Below, piece by piece: positions 1 to 8,253 of a DNA stretch of 64,000 nt. The position numbers and the translations under genes were made by a program. The stretch spans positions 1 to 64,000 of the IMG/VR virus record IMGVR_UViG_3300025759_000073; one strand, 5' to 3'. Origin of the DNA: a virus. Below the pieces are notes generated by a model. It ran no database searches. It worked only from the letters and a program-made list of their open reading frames with translations, and had not been told where the DNA came from. Every line of letters starts with the position of its first letter. The stretch's first letter is position 1.

Positions 1-121
1 TCCTAGCAGTCTGAGGCTCTTCTCCTTCTTCATACTCTTCTGGATCGTACCAATCTAGAAAGTAATTCATATTTTCGTCTGTAAACTCGAAACCGATTTT
101 GTGTACTGGATAGTATTCCAT
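1..121 (-). CDS. hypothetical protein (runs off window start)
   Basis: Read manually: AGGAG SD, then ATG at 121; MEYYPVHKIGFEFTDENMNYFLDWYDPEEYEEGEEPQTAR is open to position 1. Confidence 0.6.
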   Translation of the reverse strand, partial: MEYYPVHKIGFEFTDENMNYFLDWYDPEEYEEGEEPQTAR

Positions 122-143
122 TTTTCTCTCCTATTGATAAATT

Positions 144-527
144 TTAATGACAAAGAATAATAATTGACAAACCTGACAACAAATGCCAGAAAGTGTGATA
201 AAGATCGTATCGATCATCATAACTTTCAATCTTCAAACAAAACATTCCCAAAGTGAAGACCCCCACGCCAACAAACAAATAAATCGGAGGAGGAGGATCA
301 ACCACAATAAAGCACCAAAGAGCATATCCAACTGTTGTGCAAGCCATCTTAACATCCAGTTTATGGAAATCTTGCTCTTTCGAGTAGTGATAAAGAAAAG
401 ACAAAGTCCAAGATATTAAAATCATTACAGACAAATAAGGAAAGTTGTCTACATATGCTGAGAAAGCAGAAAATAAATAAATATTGTTCGAAATAAGAAC
501 AGGGTCGTGTAAAGGTTTTCTTCTCAT
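144..527 (-). CDS. small multi-pass membrane protein, CREST-like (SxxxH / D / HxxxH)
   Basis: Several hydrophobic segments; SFLYH...KLD and HTFWH motifs. Confidence 0.55.
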   Translation of the reverse strand: MRRKPLHDPVLISNNIYLFSAFSAYVDNFPYLSVMILISWTLSFLYHYSKEQDFHKLDVKMACTTVGYALWCFIVVDPPPPIYLFVGVGVFTLGMFCLKIESYDDRYDLYHTFWHLLSGLSIIILCH

Positions 528-608
528 TTGTCTTTCCTTTTGTGATATAAGCGGGGCAAAGCCCCAGTCGCATTAATGATATCACCTCACTTTCGGTTCC
601 GCGACTAG

Positions 609-693
609 TGGGGCTGGAGGGACTCGAACCCTCACGCTCTTACGAGCGCCGGATTTTAAATCCGGAGTGTCTACCAAATTCCACCACAGCCCC
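609..693 (-). tRNA. tRNA-Leu(TAA)
   Basis: GGGGCTG/CAGCCCC acceptor stem, CCGGA-TTTAAAA-TCCGG anticodon arm, long variable arm, GGTTCGAGTCC T arm; CCA not encoded. Confidence 0.95.
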
Positions 694-698
694 CGAAA

Positions 699-771
699 TG
701 TGCCCGATAGGACTCGAACCTATATCTTACCGCTTATGAGGCGGTGGCATTAACCATTATGCTACAGGCAC
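699..771 (-). tRNA. tRNA with CAT anticodon (elongator Met or Ile2)
   Basis: GTGCCTG/CGGGCAC acceptor, ACCGC-CTCATAA-GCGGT anticodon arm, GGTTCGAGTCC T arm; lacks initiator features. Confidence 0.92.
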
Positions 772-778
772 GATCAAA

Positions 779-1000
779 TTACTCATCTAGTATACCATAA
801 CCTGCAACAACTGTCAAGTCAATTGAGTTTCCATCAAAAGAAACCTTCCGTCTGTATATTTTTGCTTTTAGATTTGCAGCTTTGATATCTTTCTTGAGAA
901 ACTTAATGAACTTTTCTCTTTCTTCGTCAGAGTCATGGATGTGATGTGGAACGACTGCCGCCTCGACAAGATTGTTAACGTCTGCTTTCGACCTCGGCAT
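779..1000 (-). CDS. hypothetical protein
   Basis: 73-aa ORF in the co-oriented gene run. Confidence 0.6.
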   Translation of the reverse strand: MPRSKADVNNLVEAAVVPHHIHDSDEEREKFIKFLKKDIKAANLKAKIYRRKVSFDGNSIDLTVVAGYGILDE

Positions 1001-1205
1001 CTAAGTTCTCCTTTTGCTTAATAGCATAATCCAAATACCACCTTGCTTTCTTAAGATCTGTTAAAGGATCTTTCTTGTGGTTGTGTCTTGCTATATATTT
1101 TACAACATTTCCTAGGCAAAAGTCAAGCTCCCAATCTTGAATTGCGTCAATAACTTCAATTTTGCCTACATTATAATGCTTTGGATGATTAACTTTTTCT
1201 TTCAT
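975..1205 (-). CDS. DUF3310 family protein (T7 gp1.7 nucleotide kinase-like)
   Basis: VNHPKHY...IEVID...FCLGNVVKYIAR...K...DLKKARWYL signature. Confidence 0.85.
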   Translation of the reverse strand: MKEKVNHPKHYNVGKIEVIDAIQDWELDFCLGNVVKYIARHNHKKDPLTDLKKARWYLDYAIKQKENLDAEVESRR

Positions 1206-1576
1206 TTAAATCTACTCCCATCTTCAAGCCACACTTCACAATTAAGAGGATTCCCATTTAGCCAGTCGCATTCATATTTTTTTTGCCCATTATCCCACCA
1301 TGCTTCTATTTTGACAACCTCGCCGTGTAGATAGCTTACTCTCTCCTGAAGCATCAATGTCCCTTCTTTTCTGGAATAGAAACTATGTTCTCCATGAAAT
1401 TTCCCACCCACAGTTTGGTATACTACCCTATGGGGATGGTAGTGGGTCATATAATAGTCATTGTCTTCTTCGACGATTTTGATATCATTCTCTTTTAAAA
1501 GTTCTACTTCGGAGAGTAAAGATATTGGAAATTCACCCCCTTCTTTAAGCCACTTGTTAATTTCTTCGGTTCTCAT
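1202..1576 (-). CDS. MORN-variant/YwqK-like repeat protein
   Basis: HGEHSFY...YLHGE...WWDNGQKKYECDWLNG repeats; start moved to MRTEE (ATGA overlap with upstream stop). Confidence 0.6.
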   Translation of the reverse strand: MRTEEINKWLKEGGEFPISLLSEVELLKENDIKIVEEDNDYYMTHYHPHRVVYQTVGGKFHGEHSFYSRKEGTLMLQERVSYLHGEVVKIEAWWDNGQKKYECDWLNGNPLNCEVWLEDGSRFK

Positions 1577-1824
1577 CTTTTCTTCATCTTTCTCATTTCT
1601 TTGTTGGATGGTCTGGTTTTCTTTTTCTTTTTTTGACCTTCGAAAAGACCAACTCCGTGAACTCTGCAATATTCTTCAAAGAAGAGATGATTGTTCATGT
1701 CCTTTTCCAAACAAAGATCAGACAATTCCATCCAAACGATTTGCTTGTCTTCCTTGTCTCCATCAATATATTGCTTACAAAGTGAACTTAATTCAGGGTG
1801 TTCTGTGATTTTTATCTTTGACAT
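1573..1824 (-). CDS. hypothetical protein
   Basis: 83-aa ORF with AAGGAG SD. Confidence 0.65.
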   Translation of the reverse strand: MSKIKITEHPELSSLCKQYIDGDKEDKQIVWMELSDLCLEKDMNNHLFFEEYCRVHGVGLFEGQKKKKKTRPSNKEMRKMKKR

Positions 1825-1852
1825 TCTATTCTCCTTTGCTGGGAATTAATTG

Positions 1853-1924
1853 TGACTCCTACGGGATTTGAACCCGTGTTACTGATGTGAAAGACCAGCG
1901 TCCTAACCACTAGACGAAGGAGCC
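1853..1924 (-). tRNA. tRNA-Glu(TTC)
   Basis: GGCTCCT/AGGAGTC acceptor, CTGGT-CTTTCAC-ATCAG anticodon arm, GGTTCAAATCC T arm; CCA not encoded. Confidence 0.95.
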
Positions 1925-1946
1925 AAAAGAAGCCCTTTCGGGCTTC
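1925..1946 (-). terminator. GAAA-tetraloop hairpin plus short U tract (weak intrinsic terminator or processing signal)
   Basis: GAAGCCC-GAAA-GGGCTTC-TTTT directly 5' of tRNA-Glu. Confidence 0.55.
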
Positions 1947-1962
1947 AGGGTTGGAAGATATT

Positions 1963-2193
1963 TTAGTTATCTTCGCGCTCTTCTACGAAAGCTTTGATAC
2001 GATAAGCTTCGTTGAAGACTTCGTCCAAGGTGGGAAAGTCTGGACGGTTTGGAACATCGACCGAACGGCCTTCTTGAGAAAGGTTCCATGCTTGACGGTA
2101 GTCAGTCATACTTTCGTAATACTGGTCCATTTTCCTGCTCTGAGCAGCGTGAAAGATATCAAATCTCAATTCATAAGGGTTCTTGCTTCGCAT
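1963..2193 (-). CDS. conserved hypothetical phage protein
   Basis: 76 aa, KNPYELR...FPT..EV...A pattern as recalled from T4-like phage small proteins; GGAGG SD. Confidence 0.7.
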   Translation of the reverse strand: MRSKNPYELRFDIFHAAQSRKMDQYYESMTDYRQAWNLSQEGRSVDVPNRPDFPTLDEVFNEAYRIKAFVEEREDN

Positions 2194-2195
2194 TT

Positions 2196-3278
2196 TTAAT
2201 CCTCCTGTGTTTGTAATGCGTCTTCGTTATCTTCGGCTGGTTTATAGATTACATGCTCATCCATAACGTCAAAGATAACTTGTCTAAACTCTGGGTCTTG
2301 AAGTTTCTCAACCCATTGCTTTCCTTGAAACTTAAACTCTCTTCCTTCTTTCGAGGTCAGAGTGTACCAAGCTCCTCCGGTTTTTAGCCTTTCAGAGCCT
2401 TTGATGGCATCAAGCCAACTTTCCTCGTCTTGAATTCCAACTTGTTGACCCCAAAGCAACTTAAAGTTGCAAGTCCTTCCGGCGGAACCAAAACGAGACT
2501 TTTCAAGTTTGACTTTCACTTCAGAACCAATCCTAACACCATTGGAATCCAAAATGTAAGCCGCCTTTGCTTTTCTGGCGGTAAGCCAGATTCTCAAAGA
2601 ATAAGTGTAATGAGCAGCTTTACCTCCCGGTGTGAAATAAGGAGTAGTCAAAGCTTCTGCAATATTACTGGTGATATTCGTTTTAAGCTGATTAACAATC
2701 AAGAAAGTTGATTGTGTGTTCGCCAAAGGAATTGTCACCTTCGAGAAGGCTTTGGAAAGAATCCTAGCTTTCATTGCCATAGAAGATTGAGGGTTGAAGT
2801 CACCTTCAACATCTTTCTCCGCAGGAGTGTGTGCTAGGGAATCCCAAATAAACAGCCATTTCTCTTCATCTGCCAAAAGAGTTTCGATCATTTCGAACAC
2901 TTTTTCAACAGACGCTGCTTGAACATAAAGCAAGTCATCAACATTGCAACCTGCTTTTGCCAAGAAAGTTGGGTCAATTGCCGACTCAGCGTCAAAATAA
3001 GCAACTCTAATGCCCATCTTTTGTGCGTTACCAGCAATTTGTGCAGCCATGAAGCTTTTCCCACTAGCTTCAAGTCCTGCAATCTCCGTGATTTTACCAA
3101 CAGGGATACCAGCCAATTGGCCTCTGCAAATAATAGAGTCCAACCAACGTGAGCCGGTTGCAATCCACTCTTTGACTTCTGTTGGATTTTCTTCATTAAG
3201 GTTGTGTGCAACCGTCATACCTACCTTTTTATTCAGCAGCTTGCGGTACACGTCCATGTCTACTTTACCAGCATTCAT
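2196..3278 (-). CDS. recA: RecA/UvsX-like recombinase
   Basis: ATGS..LD, Walker A GLEASGKS, Walker B IWDS, VNQL, TPGGKA motifs. Confidence 0.95.
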   Translation of the reverse strand: MNAGKVDMDVYRKLLNKKVGMTVAHNLNEENPTEVKEWIATGSRWLDSIICRGQLAGIPVGKITEIAGLEASGKSFMAAQIAGNAQKMGIRVAYFDAESAIDPTFLAKAGCNVDDLLYVQAASVEKVFEMIETLLADEEKWLFIWDSLAHTPAEKDVEGDFNPQSSMAMKARILSKAFSKVTIPLANTQSTFLIVNQLKTNITSNIAEALTTPYFTPGGKAAHYTYSLRIWLTARKAKAAYILDSNGVRIGSEVKVKLEKSRFGSAGRTCNFKLLWGQQVGIQDEESWLDAIKGSERLKTGGAWYTLTSKEGREFKFQGKQWVEKLQDPEFRQVIFDVMDEHVIYKPAEDNEDALQTQED

Positions 3279-3281
3279 TTA

Positions 3282-4013
3282 TCAACCTCCGAGAAGTTCG
3301 TTAAAAGCCTTTCCAACTTTATCGTCAACATTGGAAGAGTATTTTTCTACATCTTCCTTGTCATCGCCAGCAAGGTATTTGTCAAGAAGTGCTTGAACAT
3401 CTTGCGTGGTTTTTCTTTCGAAAAGACCATCAAAGTCCGGAATGTTTTCCAGAAGTTTAGCACATTCCTCATCACCATCTTCGCATGCTTTCGAAGCTCG
3501 ACGCTTCGGAGTAAGAACGGTAGAGGGGAACATTGCTCCCGGTGCTTTACCATAGGCAAGAACCAAGTCGGTCCCAGTGTTAGTATCGGTAATATCACCG
3601 TAGTCGGGGTTCAAAACCAATTGCAGAAGTTGCTCATAAACAGTCTTGGAGTAACCCCAAATCTTCACACCTTCATCTTCTTTTCCTCGAACGAGGACAG
3701 GCGAGAAGAACCTTTGCTTTGGAAACAGCTTTTTAGCCATTTCAATAGACTCCGGAGTGCCTTCGCGATAAAGTTCGGAAGCAAAGTCCAAAACGGGACT
3801 TTCATCACCAAAGTTACGCTTCGGACAAAGAGTGGGTGCTTTGTCCAATCCGTAGTAGAACCAAAACTCTTTGAACGGATCGCCATCCGAAGTAGGAAGA
3901 ATACGGATCACTTGTTCTCCGTCTTCCGGCTTCCAGAAAAGATTGTCTTTACCGCCTCCTTTGTTTTTCAGACGGTTGTACTTTTCTTTCATCTTTTTCA
4001 TGTCAATAGCCAT
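3282..4013 (-). CDS. single-stranded DNA-binding protein (T4 gp32-like)
   Basis: FWKP..G...IRILP, CP, acidic C-terminus ending FNELL; next to recA; start set at MAIDMKK after AAGGAG. Confidence 0.85.
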   Translation of the reverse strand: MAIDMKKMKEKYNRLKNKGGGKDNLFWKPEDGEQVIRILPTSDGDPFKEFWFYYGLDKAPTLCPKRNFGDESPVLDFASELYREGTPESIEMAKKLFPKQRFFSPVLVRGKEDEGVKIWGYSKTVYEQLLQLVLNPDYGDITDTNTGTDLVLAYGKAPGAMFPSTVLTPKRRASKACEDGDEECAKLLENIPDFDGLFERKTTQDVQALLDKYLAGDDKEDVEKYSSNVDDKVGKAFNELLGG

Positions 4014-4059
4014 TGTCATTTCTCCTTTGTGTTGTTGACAGCCTTTGAGCTTGTGTAAT

Positions 4060-4088
4060 ATCATACCAAAACGAATTCAAAAAGTCAA
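4060..4088 (-). promoter_or_regulatory. sigma70-type promoter for ssb-recA
   Basis: TTGACT-17 nt-TATGAT. Confidence 0.8.
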
Positions 4089-4102
4089 GAACTTTTTTCA
4101 AA

Positions 4103-4354
4103 TTATTTCAAATTCAAAGTTCCAGACATATGATAAGAAACCAATTCACCAATCAAAGTGTTATGATTGATCACTCTGTACCCTTTATTTTCCATATCCC
4201 AAACCAACTCCATTCCTTCCTGAAGCTTTGCTTTCTTTCCACCTTTTCCTTCCGGAAGAGCTTCTTTTGGAATCTCGTCCAACCTTACAAATTGCATATT
4301 TCGAATTGTTCCGTCTTTCTTTTTGAAAGTGCCATGGTATACATTAAACTTCAT
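4103..4354 (-). CDS. SH3-fold (WYL_2-like) small protein
   Basis: FKKKDGTIR.M...VWDME.KGYR.IN pattern. Confidence 0.7.
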   Translation of the reverse strand: MKFNVYHGTFKKKDGTIRNMQFVRLDEIPKEALPEGKGGKKAKLQEGMELVWDMENKGYRVINHNTLIGELVSYHMSGTLNLK

Positions 4355-5171
4355 CTTTTTCTCCTAGTTTTGTGCCTTGATGAAAGTGTGTTCTTTTCAC
4401 TACCAAACCAAAATTATAACCAGATTCATTCGGATAAATCTTATAACAAAAATTCTTCTTTTCTTTAAAGTTTCCCTTGATCAGAGGGATCAGATTAACA
4501 TCTTCTTCCAAGCGCTTTTTATCGATGGACATATAATACCAGAACTCATTTTGATTGTCAAGCAAAAAATAATCATTTTCAGAATTATTTTCAAAATCAT
4601 ATGATCCAATCGACAAGATCCTATTTCTCTCCATTGAAGAAAACTTCGTTGCTGTAATCGGCTTTGCATTCTCAAAGTAATTCAGCATATGAATTGAGTA
4701 GCTGATTACGTCGTTGATTTTATCAAACTTATTCATAAATGTCAAGCCTGAAATTGAACTTTCTAATTTCTCGTTTGAAATTAAGACGATATCTTTGAAC
4801 ATACCAGACCTCGCATAGTCTTGCAAGGCATTGAAAATCAATTTATGCTGCAAAGAATACTGATCATAAAGTTGATCTTCTTCCGGAATGATCAGGATCA
4901 CTCTGATCTTTGTTTCTTTGAATTGCTCCAAGATCCTCAAAGAGGCCCCAGCAGTTGTGCCGGAAGTTGAAACAAAAAAAAGAGTTTCAGAATGTTTTGG
5001 GCAAACTTGAACATTGAAATGATCTTCATATTCCTTGTGTGATCCTCTTTCTTCGATCAGAAAGCCCCCTTCCCTTTTTTCTGTATCGAAAAGATAAAGA
5101 TCGTATTGAGGATATTGTCTAAACTTTTCTGCAATATTGCAACCACAATTGCCCAAACCAATCACATTCAT
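4344..5171 (-). CDS. divergent tubulin/FtsZ-superfamily (PhuZ-like) protein
   Basis: N-terminal VIGLGNCGCNIA loop, degenerate signature loop STSGTTAGAS, later IIP and LISN motifs; start at MNVIG (ATGA overlap). Confidence 0.7.
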   Translation of the reverse strand: MNVIGLGNCGCNIAEKFRQYPQYDLYLFDTEKREGGFLIEERGSHKEYEDHFNVQVCPKHSETLFFVSTSGTTAGASLRILEQFKETKIRVILIIPEEDQLYDQYSLQHKLIFNALQDYARSGMFKDIVLISNEKLESSISGLTFMNKFDKINDVISYSIHMLNYFENAKPITATKFSSMERNRILSIGSYDFENNSENDYFLLDNQNEFWYYMSIDKKRLEEDVNLIPLIKGNFKEKKNFCYKIYPNESGYNFGLVVKRTHFHQGTKLGEKDEV

Positions 5172-5842
5172 TCTTTTTCTTCCTTGCAAAGTTTTTTATG
5201 CCATTCCAAAACAGCAGCTTTTGGATCTTCGGAATTGTAAATGCTCCTTCCTAGAATAGGATAATCCGTGAATAAGTTTTCTTCACAACCTTGTGCTCCA
5301 AATCCCGGAGAATAGATGATCTTATCTTCTCCCAAGATATTTGAAACTTTGTTGTAAAATTCGTGTTTACTAGGAGGAAGCACAAACCTTTTCACTCCAA
5401 ACTCTGCTGCTTGCTTGTAAATCTTCAAAGAATCTTCATCAGAAAAAAAGCCCCCTTCTTCTTTTGAAAACCCTTGATGAGTCATTTTGCCGCCAACAAT
5501 CGTTTTAATGTTTCTTTTTCTCAACTCTTTCAACCAAAAATCCAAAGAGTCAGGGCCGGCAAAAGGAAACAAGATCGCTTCATCAACGCCTGCCATCTTC
5601 ATCGCAGAAGCAAAGTTCATTCCCATTTGTGGGATGTCGTTTCCTGCTTTTTGATGATCGTAGATCACCTTTTTATTTGGTGCTCTAAACTTTACTTCAT
5701 TCACGCAGCGAATCAAACCAAATGTAAAAACAAGATGAAATCCAATCTTATAACCATAAACCTCTTCCATATCCCCTGTTTGCTTCATAATCTTGACCGC
5801 TTTTTGCATAGGGCAGTCTAGAGAGATAATAATCTTTTTCAT
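5168..5842 (-). CDS. pyrF: orotidine 5'-phosphate decarboxylase
   Basis: IISLD, GYKIG, DHQKAGNDIP catalytic segment, MTH, SPGFGAQG, GRSIY. Confidence 0.88.
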   Translation of the reverse strand: MKKIIISLDCPMQKAVKIMKQTGDMEEVYGYKIGFHLVFTFGLIRCVNEVKFRAPNKKVIYDHQKAGNDIPQMGMNFASAMKMAGVDEAILFPFAGPDSLDFWLKELRKRNIKTIVGGKMTHQGFSKEEGGFFSDEDSLKIYKQAAEFGVKRFVLPPSKHEFYNKVSNILGEDKIIYSPGFGAQGCEENLFTDYPILGRSIYNSEDPKAAVLEWHKKLCKEEKE

Positions 5843-6984
5843 ATATTCATTTCCTTCATTTGTCCGAAGTTTCTTCCTCCGGCAATATTTGTTTTGAATT
5901 TCCCAAACCTTGTTTCTTCAAACCTTCCAAGTATGCTTTTGATAATCTCCATATCTTCCAAGTCGAAATCAATAACCAAAGAATCGTGAATAGTAAAAGC
6001 CACATTAGATCTCCTCCCTTCCAGCATTTTGTCAACTTTCATTGCTTGCTCCAAGAAAAGATCAGAAGTTGTAGATTGAATAAGATAATTTAAAGCGTGA
6101 TGATCATCTGCTTCTATTTTCCTTCCAAATGGAGTTGTTATTATACCATCTTTATACCATCTTTGCAAGATCTTTTTTCTGTTGAAGATCTTTTCCAAAG
6201 CTTTGTTTTCTTTTTCAGGGTTGTAAAACCAAGCAAATGTTTTTTGTTTTGACTTTTCTCTAGTGTATTTGCCTTCGAACACTTCCTCAGCAATCCAAGA
6301 GTGAAGATCTCCTTCCGGCTGTTCTTGTTCGGCCAAAGCCAAGAACGTTCTTAGTTCAGCAGCGTTGAAATCCAACTCCACGAAACAAGCCCTATGAGGC
6401 TCAACAAGCCCCCTCAATTCCTTTTTGAGGGTCAGTATAGGGAAAGAGCCTTTACGTGTCGTTAAGCGCCCTGTAACGCTCTTGAAAGGGTTGTATTTGA
6501 CCTTTGTTGGAACGTCTTTGAACTTTTTTCTCAAATGAAAGGGAATATTCGAAAGATTGATTTTGATTTCTTGCCCTGAGATCTTTGAACAGAAAGAATA
6601 AATCTGGTTCAGAAAATCAGAATTCTCTTTTTCTTCATATGTTTCGAACACATGTTGACAAATCTGATTTTTTAGTGTAAAATATTGATTGATCAAATCA
6701 AAAGGAAAAACTGTATGAACATTCATTCTTGCTGGATCGCATCCAACGTGTTGGAAAGACTTCACAAAAGCCTTCATCTTTTTTTGACAGTTTTCCCATT
6801 CTTTGGAGATTGTGGCGGGGCAGACATCGGAAAGACCTTGTCCTTCGGTCAGAACAATTCCGTATTTTGTGCCGCTTGTTGGGAACTTAGGGTTGAACTC
6901 CCACGTTTTGGTTGCGGATTTGGGGATGTAGTCAATAACTTGACCTTGAAGAAATACCTTGTTTTGAAGTGTTTGAAAGTACAT
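5839..6984 (-). CDS. compact family A DNA polymerase
   Basis: TGRL, motif A DFNAAELR, motif B R..SKQKTFAWFY, NYLIQS, motif C IHDS; start MYFQ after GGAGG. Confidence 0.85.
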   Translation of the reverse strand: MYFQTLQNKVFLQGQVIDYIPKSATKTWEFNPKFPTSGTKYGIVLTEGQGLSDVCPATISKEWENCQKKMKAFVKSFQHVGCDPARMNVHTVFPFDLINQYFTLKNQICQHVFETYEEKENSDFLNQIYSFCSKISGQEIKINLSNIPFHLRKKFKDVPTKVKYNPFKSVTGRLTTRKGSFPILTLKKELRGLVEPHRACFVELDFNAAELRTFLALAEQEQPEGDLHSWIAEEVFEGKYTREKSKQKTFAWFYNPEKENKALEKIFNRKKILQRWYKDGIITTPFGRKIEADDHHALNYLIQSTTSDLFLEQAMKVDKMLEGRRSNVAFTIHDSLVIDFDLEDMEIIKSILGRFEETRFGKFKTNIAGGRNFGQMKEMNI

Positions 6985-8242
6985 TTGTCCTCCGTGTCTG
7001 TTTGGAACAATTTTTGAGCGTGTTGTAAGTATACTCGATGACTGACCTTCTGTCAACATCTTTTTTCAAAATTCTTTCTATATTAAATTTTAATTTATTT
7101 ATATTCTTATTACTTTTAAAAATAAAACTTAAAAGATCTGAATAATAATAAATTAAATTATTGTTTTTTAAATAATTTTCAATATAATAATCTTTGTATT
7201 CATTTTCTGTTAAGATCTTTCTTTGAATAGAATAAGATCTATTAATTTTAGTATTTGATTTAGAACAAGATTTAACAATTTGTTCAGATTTAAAGATCAA
7301 AGAATTTTCTTTTAAAACTTTCAAATAAGCTTTAAAAAAAGAATAATACAAAAGTTCAAATTCTTTATAACTACCTTCGACAACTTCGAAGTTTTCTTTA
7401 AAGTAATCTTTCAAAGTTTTATTTTTCAATTGACTTTTTGTTGAAGGTAAGTTAAAATCCATAAAAAACCGCCAAGGAACATTTTTGTCATATCTCATAC
7501 CAGAAAGATAACAAAGACAAGCCAATCCACCATACTGCGGGATTCTATAAAAGTTATCAAACTTAAATTCATTGTTATCGTAAGGTGCATTAGCATCTTG
7601 GATTTCAAACCCAAGTCCTGAATTCAACATTGAATTTCGAAAAGAAAGAATGTAATTTGAATATAAGATTTCAGGACCTATTCTTTGCTCTTTGAAAAGT
7701 GAATAGATTGTTTTTATAAAAAGATCAAAGTTGGAAGCTTGATCTAAGGGTGTTCCTAAGATAAAATCTTCAAACTTATCCAAGATCAGATCAGAAGCAA
7801 AATCCAAGTATTCTTCTTCTACTTCTTCTGGAAGTTGTGCCCCCTTTTGAATAAGAAAAACTTCAGAGAATAAATCAATTTGGTTTTTGCCTATTGCAAA
7901 GTCATATTTTCTTATATCATAAAAGTTTTGATATATGTTATAAAGGTCTTTGTTAAGGTAAACCTCTTCATCATCTGTGAATTTTGGATCAACCAATTGA
8001 AAGGAAGATCTTTTTGGGATTATAGCTTGTCCTTTTTCGTTTACTTTTCCAAAGTAAAATCCTGTTTTAACAAAGTCAAAACCATCAGGAAGAAGGATTG
8101 GAGAACCTCCTTTGATAAACTTCAACCTTTCAACAAATGCTTCTTTTAAAGAAGATTGGTTGGACTGATTTGAAGGAATAACATCGTTTGTATAATTTTC
8201 GCTAAGATCTAAACTGATCTTATCAAGATCAAACTTTTCCAT
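6932..8242 (-). CDS. hypothetical protein (end of tail/baseplate gene run)
   Basis: 436-aa ORF following the baseplate hub gene. Confidence 0.75.
   Translation of the reverse strand: MEKFDLDKISLDLSENYTNDVIPSNQSNQSSLKEAFVERLKFIKGGSPILLPDGFDFVKTGFYFGKVNEKGQAIIPKRSSFQLVDPKFTDDEEVYLNKDLYNIYQNFYDIRKYDFAIGKNQIDLFSEVFLIQKGAQLPEEVEEEYLDFASDLILDKFEDFILGTPLDQASNFDLFIKTIYSLFKEQRIGPEILYSNYILSFRNSMLNSGLGFEIQDANAPYDNNEFKFDNFYRIPQYGGLACLCYLSGMRYDKNVPWRFFMDFNLPSTKSQLKNKTLKDYFKENFEVVEGSYKEFELLYYSFFKAYLKVLKENSLIFKSEQIVKSCSKSNTKINRSYSIQRKILTENEYKDYYIENYLKNNNLIYYYSDLLSFIFKSNKNINKLKFNIERILKKDVDRRSVIEYTYNTLKNCSKQTRRTNVLSNTSKQGISSRSSY
7028..7056 (-). promoter_or_regulatory. sigma70-type promoter for the polA-pyrF-tubulin operon (inside upstream CDS)
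   Basis: TTGACA-17 nt-TATACT. Confidence 0.8.
7061..7330. other. extremely AT-rich tract with AGATCT repeats (candidate replication origin)
   Basis: About 10 G/C in 120 nt at 7081-7200; AGATCT at 7134, 7213, 7235 and AGATCA at 7294. Confidence 0.4.
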
Positions 8243-8253
8243 TTATTAATTCC

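Noticed and set aside
553-565. GGGGC-AAA-GCCCC hairpin downstream of tRNA-Leu
   Set aside because: Short stem without a U tract; not supportable as a terminator or ncRNA
4344-5171. Nucleus-forming (phiKZ-like) lifestyle inferred from the tubulin-like gene
   Set aside because: No chimallin or multisubunit RNA polymerase recognisable in the window, and the structural module is T4-like
6985-7059. N-terminal extensions in the ORF track (polA to 7059, ssb to 4064, tubulin-like to 5189, zincin to 36400, 1202 ORF to 1669)
   Set aside because: They overlap promoters or upstream genes; downstream starts have SD sites or ATGA/GTGA coupling
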